Source: Amoebidium appalachense (taxonomy: Eukaryota; Protista; Ichthyosporea). Taken from it: a DNA stretch of 64,000 nt. Each line of letters opens with the position of its first letter. Within the stretch, counting starts at the first letter, position 1. Under the pieces are notes generated by a model. The model was given only the letters and a program-made list of their open reading frames with translations. It was not told the DNA's origin and searched no databases. The stretch is from NCBI GenBank assembly GCA_963693365.1, contig CAVNZM010000004.1, forward strand, positions 11,126,468-11,190,467, in the 5' to 3' direction. A program made the translations under genes and the position numbers. Positions 58,640 to 64,000 of the stretch are shown here, piece by piece.

Positions 58640-59043
58640 TGTTGGAGTGCAGACTTACGCTCACTCCACAATATGTGTATGTTAGCTTTACAATTGGTTC
58701 CGTGTACACAGACACACACTGACACTCGATCACCACATGCACATCTGCATAGTTGAGGAATGTTGCCAATTGTGTTTTGACTGCAAACGATTGGTTCACT
58801 GGTCCCAGAGATCTCTAAATAAAAGTAACCAATCCGATTAGCGCCTGGCATCCGGATTACATTCCAGACTGCTGCCCCACGGGTATATAAACCACGTCTC
58901 TGCCAGGTGCAGTCATGGAGTTCAGTCATGGAGTTCAGTCATGGAGTTCAGTCATGGAGTTAACACACTGAAAGCAGTAAAAAACGGGTCAGCGCCCAAG
59001 CGCGCCACGACGACCCTAGTCACAGCGGACTCTACTTCCAACA
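58640..59043 (+). repeat. 5' LTR (404 bp)
   Basis: TG...CA ends, CCAAT/ATTGG motifs, TATATAAA at 58884-58891 and a 4x 13-bp tandem at 58910-58961. Confidence 0.95.
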
Positions 59044-59345
59044 GGGTTATGGGCCCAGACACGACACCGCGGCCTCTAACTTCACGTCCCCTACGACGCC
59101 TTGAACGGAGGAGCCAGAACCCGACTTCTAGGCTGTACCCTACACCCGCGAGCGTATTTCCGTGAAGTAGAGACTTTCGCTTCCACAAACTCCATCCGCA
59201 GCAGCCTGCGACATCAACGTCAAGTATTCCACTTCATTGGCGGGGCAAGCACCACAGTGGAATGCACACCCCGGTCTACCCTGCAAGTAGCCACACTCAC
59301 TCTCTCTTCTCTAGTGGTGTGTACACTTCTCCAATTGGGTAGGGG

Positions 59346-59749
59346 TGTTGGAGTGCAGACTTACGCTCACTCCACAATATGTGTATGTTAGCTTTACAAT
59401 TGGTTCCGTGTACACAGACACACACTGACACTCGATCACCACATGCACATCTGCATAGTTGAGGAATGTTGCCAATTGTGTTTTGACTGCAAACGATTGG
59501 TTCACTGGTCCCAGAGATCTCTAAATAAAAGTAACCAATCCGATTAGCGCCTGGCATCCGGATTACATTCCAGACTGCTGCCCCACGGGTATATAAACCA
59601 CGTCTCTGCCAGGTGCAGTCATGGAGTTCAGTCATGGAGTTCAGTCATGGAGTTCAGTCATGGAGTTAACACACTGAAAGCAGTAAAAAACGGGTCAGCG
59701 CCCAAGCGCGCCACGACGACCCTAGTCACAGCGGACTCTACTTCCAACA
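59346..59749 (+). repeat. 3' LTR (404 bp)
   Basis: No difference from the 5' LTR was seen on reading by eye. It follows the polypurine tract. Confidence 0.95.
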
Positions 59750-59929
59750 GTTCCTTGCCACGGTGCGGCGGTGCATGGGGAGAAGTTGTCATCCGGACAC
59801 CGGAGTGACCACTGACCAGACGAGTATAACCTGGTGTTCTCGCGAGTCACCGACGTGTACGTGCCACGGTCAACCTTCTGTTGAAAAAAGTGAAGGATTA
59901 GTCACTCTGTGAGTGCTGTCTTCCCTGCG

Positions 59930-59960
<31 letters not shown>

Positions 59961-60775
59961 GTTGCCGCACAGGTGGCGTAGTAAGTTGTGTCCGGCCACT
60001 TACGTGTGTGTGCTTGGGCGTTTTGGGTGCCTTATAAGCATATACGTAAGCCAGTAGGTACTACATATGTAGTGAAGGATTGGCTCCAAGCGCATCGATG
60101 GAAAAGCCGTAGCTGATTGGTGGTTGTGTGCAGTAAACAAAAATCCAAAAACAACCGCGATTTGTAGCAGGGTCACTTTGCAGGTGGGAAACCGAGAACG
60201 GAAACATCACTGAGATGTACACCTGCTAAGCCTACGCCTGTGATACACGGCCGCAACTTCCCGAACACGCTGGCCTTCTGTAATAAAGCACTCCGTCCAC
60301 GTGAACCGGCCGCGGCACCTGAAGCCCCAACTCTTTTTGTCTTATTATGCATCTGCTTTGTGGAGCTCTCCGTGAAGAGTCCTCTCGGGCTCCTGCCTAA
60401 GAAGGCCGACTAGCAGTGACCAAGCCTCCCGAGTCCCGACTCCCGAAAGCTTTGCGCTTTTGATTGGCACGACATACTTGCCAGGTCCAATCCTTTCTCC
60501 TGGCTCCCGAGGCCTCCTGCTTCCTCCCTGGTCCCGGGTTGCGGTTGCACTCTCACATATACAAATCTTTCTCGGTCCCTCCTTATGCTCCATGTTATAA
60601 TTGATGCCATGGCCAATCCCCCTCGCACCAAGCCACGCGTGTGACCTTTCCTTCGCCTTTGCAGCCTTGGTGTGTTTGCCTGTGTGTGTCATAATGTGTG
60701 TGTATGTATTGGTAGTCGGGTGGTGGGGCCTGGCGCCCGTGTTTTTTTTTTTTTTTTCACCCTCCAAATTGGGGT

Positions 60776-60810
<35 letters not shown>

Positions 60811-61738
60811 GGAGGGGGGCATGCTACCATGACAAATGCACGCGTAGGGGGCTCGCTCGATTCGGGTGCCGCCATTGGGCCAAGTGCGTACAGCAACTCT
60901 GTAATACAGCCTGGTCTGCGGACCACAGCCTGTGGTGACCGTGCGTTTCATTGGCGATTCGGAAAAGGTAACCTTTCTGTGAGTGGTTCAAAACGCATCC
61001 AATCAAAATACGGAAACAGAATAATCAACTTTGATTGGCTGTGTGCAGTAAACAACACATTCCTTCGCTTCCAATGCGCACCACGACTGACTGCACCCAG
61101 TGAACCGACTTTCCAGACACTTCACAAAGCACGCGGGCACGCGTATAAGTTATGCAAAATAATATACATACATACACAAATATAAAAACACATGTGTGTA
61201 TGTGCGTGTACCTATACACACATACATATCTACATATACATGTGATAGCTTTCTGCGTGCACAGTATACATATCATCTTCGAGACTCGAAGGGTTGGAAC
61301 TAATTAGGTAACGGTGAAGTAAGTCAATATCATATATATAACACACACGGGCTGTATGAATGACTGGCTGACGGTCTATCATTGACGTTTTGCCCGTGGT
61401 ATGCCTAAAAACAATTTTCTGTCTAAGATATTGATTACTTGTAACTGCAAGGCTGTGCCCCTGCGTATTTCTTACGCTGGCAGTCTCGATCTTGTCAGTT
61501 TTCTTTAGATCGTTCATGTAGTAACATCCGACTTTTAACTTTGGAGCTGGTATATCTTTCAGTTTCGGATACTGTAAACATACCTACACCCAGGCCAAAC
61601 AGCCGAGGAATATCTAAATTCTTATCAAACTATTATTCGAAACAACTTTTTACGTATGGATAAAGCCTACATTGGAAAGCTGCTGGCGTACATGTGCTGA
61701 GTGATATCTAGGGGCTGTCTAGGGCATCACTTAAAAAA

Positions 61739-62921
61739 ATGGGCTTCAAAACAGGCCGATGGGCCACCGTGGTCATGGCTTTGTTCCATTTGGCTGCACT
61801 TTGGGACGTAACTGTTGCACAAACGGCAGACATGTGCCCTAGTGGCAAATACGACATCGTTTTTGTGGTTGATCAGACATCCAGCATGATGCAGTATTCA
61901 TTTTGCCCAGACCGTTTGTGCTGGCTGCAGGGTACGTATTAATTTATTCCTCTTGTTTGTAGTGGGAAAAAATCTTCCATGGCATCGAACGACTCGATCT
62001 TTGCTTGTGTGGTGTTGGTGCGTGTATGGGTGTGTGTGCGGTTGTGTACGTGTACATAGGTGTTTGTGTTTGTTTTTGTGTTTGTGTTCGTGTGTGCTTG
62101 TGTGTCATCCTGGTGTGCTGCACCATGGTGTATGTGTGGCGTGTTAGTGTGTGCGCACGCAAAACGAATGAACACAATAAGAGCACCCGGATGTATTCTT
62201 GTTGTGTGTGTGTAGGCGCTTTGCGTGTGCAGACCACAGGTTTTTTCGCTAGTTGACTCTAATCATAGCCATGCGTGGTATGGTGTGTTGCTTGCAGTGT
62301 CAATCCGCCAACGAGGTTGTCTGGGGAAATCAGTTCAGTAGCTAACCCAGCAGCCAACTTACATGACCGTTCGAATGGTTGCACTTAGCAAACATTTATT
62401 TTCAAAATAAATAAAGTGTTCGCCCACCTCCAAATGGGAAAAAAAAAATACACCACCTTCCATGGACCTCGTGCTATCCAGCCCGCACACACATGGTTGC
62501 CTGATTACTGTCAGTTTCCTGTTTCTATCCCAGGGCAAGAAACTTACACACACACCACTTACCACACCATCCATGCACACAGTACGCAGTTACCTCTCCA
62601 AATGGATCAACGCTGCACGGCTGACCATTGGCCCCAGCAACACTCGCATTGGCATCCTGCGCTATGGTCAGACCTTTCCGTCATGTTCTAGCACGTGCGG
62701 AACTCCCGGGGCCCAATGTATGGACACATCCCTCACGCCCCTCAACAACCCCGCATATTTTAACCCGGGCCACATGTTTCCGTGCTGTGCCGATGGTGGG
62801 TGTGCGACACCAAATACCTGGGCCATCACACGTGACGTCAGTCTGACCAACACCAGTGCTTCGAGCAAGGCCGCACTTGCATCTGTTGTCGACAAGCTTG
62901 GGTATTTACCCCTTCTACCCC

Positions 62922-62952
<31 letters not shown>

Positions 62953-63781
62953 ACACGCACAAAAAAAAACAAAAAAAAAAACACCACTCACCATCAGCAC
63001 TTCTGCCACCACCACGACCTGTCATTCCTCAAGCTGAACCCCAAATAACAATGGCAATAAAAAGAAGAGGGTGCACGTGAAAGAACGAAAGTGGAACGTG
63101 GGGAAGCATGAGACACGGGATTCATTTGGAAGCAACACGTAACTTGACTTATGTTATGCAATTGTTCACCTAGCGGAGATGGCAGAGGTTACAATCTGTG
63201 CACTTGTTGATTCATTTCTTTGTGGGATACACGTCGAGGATTCGATCAATAGTCAGCATCCATTTTGGAAGAGGTTTGCTGACAGCACCAACCTCTCTGG
63301 AAAGAAGCTGTGGAAAAAATAGCAGCATATTCACACACGCAGAACATATGCAGTCCACCGCTTCCACATAACATATCATTCATGAACATCCGTTAACCTC
63401 ACACCACTACCTTCAACCCATTAATGCTAACTTACTAACTCAACTTGAAACCATGTGCGCAGATTCCAGGGGGGAACTTCTACATGGACCCATCTTGGTA
63501 TCGAGACAGCAGTAGCTATGCACAAGGAGGCACCTAGAGATGGAGCCACCAAAGTTATCATTGTAATTACGGACGGCGTGAGCACCAACACAACAGCAAC
63601 AGCCCAAGCCGTTGCTATGGCGGTAGCCAATGGGATCACGATGATGGCAATCGGATTCAATAAGCATTCTTCGGCCGATCTGACGACGATTGCAAATGGA
63701 AACACCCAGTTGGTGAATGGATATGTCAACATCGCTGATCTTCAGACTGACTTTGATAATGTGCTGAACGAGTTTTGCTCA
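61739..63781 (+). CDS. Secreted or cell-surface von Willebrand factor A (vWA) domain protein, first three exons (continues beyond the window)
   Basis: Exon 61739-61931 has a signal peptide and YDIVFVVDQTSSM (MIDAS-like). Exon 62583-62901 has IGPSNTRIGILRYG. Exon 63463-63781 has GGTSTWTHLGI, KVIIVITDGVS and GITMMAIGF. The three splice in phase and the last ends at the donor |gtaaga. Confidence 0.9.
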
Positions 63782-64000
63782 GTAAGAATCCCCCCCCCCC
63801 CCCTCCGGCGGAGGTCTCGCATCCTTCCACCCATTTCCGACCAGGATTGATATATAAGGGTGAATAACCATAAAACACAGCATATAGAGACATCTTTTTT
63901 TGTTGGTTTCTTCAAAATCCGCTGAACTAGATCTTTCACTTAGTTTGTATTCTTACCCCCCCCCACCCCCCCCCCCTTCCCCCTCCCCCAGCCCCCCTTC

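Larger units (their letters stand above)
58640..59749 (+). mobile_element. Non-autonomous miniature LTR retrotransposon (TRIM-like), Ty1/Copia-type priming
   Basis: Two 404-bp direct repeats bounded by TGTTGGA...TCCAACA. TSD GTTCC at 58635-58639 and 59750-59754. PBS GGGTTATGGGCCCAG at 59044-59058. Purine tract gggtagggg before the 3' LTR. The 302-bp interior has no gag or pol. Confidence 0.95.

Noticed and set aside
58910-58961. 13-bp tandem array as a CRISPR-like array
   Set aside because: The units are contiguous with no spacers, lie inside an LTR, and the context is eukaryotic with no cas genes.
58627-59635. Duplicated ORFs MTELHDCTWQRRG... and MNQSFAVKTQ...
   Set aside because: They are antisense readings of the two LTRs and have no gag, protease, RT or integrase motifs.
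58640-59749. The 404-bp direct repeat as an assembly duplication
   Set aside because: TG..CA ends, TSD, PBS and PPT are all correctly placed, which a mis-assembly would not produce.
60345-60600. Minus-strand ORF tail (...GPGKYVVPIKSAKLSG...HKADA*)
   Set aside because: No domain similarity or convincing splice partners.

Overview
Eukaryotic, intron-rich genomic DNA. Introns and intergenic DNA are dominated by long poly-G/poly-C/poly-T runs and (CA)n/(GT)n/(GA)n microsatellites, so almost all entries in the ORF track are low-complexity artefacts. Reading splice sites by eye gives these genes: the 3' exons of an MPP6-like exosome cofactor (+); an intronless syntenin-like tandem-PDZ protein (-); an orphan, frameshifted last exon of a BT1 folate/biopterin transporter (+); a damaged tyrosine-kinase gene whose HRDLAARN catalytic loop is deleted (-); an 8-exon GDP-mannose pyrophosphorylase with a GC-AG intron (-); a 4-exon isoaspartyl peptidase/L-asparaginase (+); a 10-exon class C GPCR-like protein with an extra N-terminal helix and no Venus-flytrap domain (-); a 5-exon LCAT-like alpha/beta hydrolase (-); and the 5' part of a secreted vWA protein (+). 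The clearest mobile element is a 1,110-bp non-coding miniature LTR retrotransposon (58640-59749). It has two apparently identical 404-bp LTRs, a 5-bp TSD and a half-tRNAiMet primer-binding site of the copia/Ty5 type. Also present are two MITE-like inverted-repeat elements, a dispersed repeat pair, an inverted copy of one exon, and several introns with complementary GT-rich and CA-rich arms. The gene content suggests a holozoan, possibly a unicellular one (inference only). All calls are by eye, without database searches, and some frameshifts may be sequencing errors.
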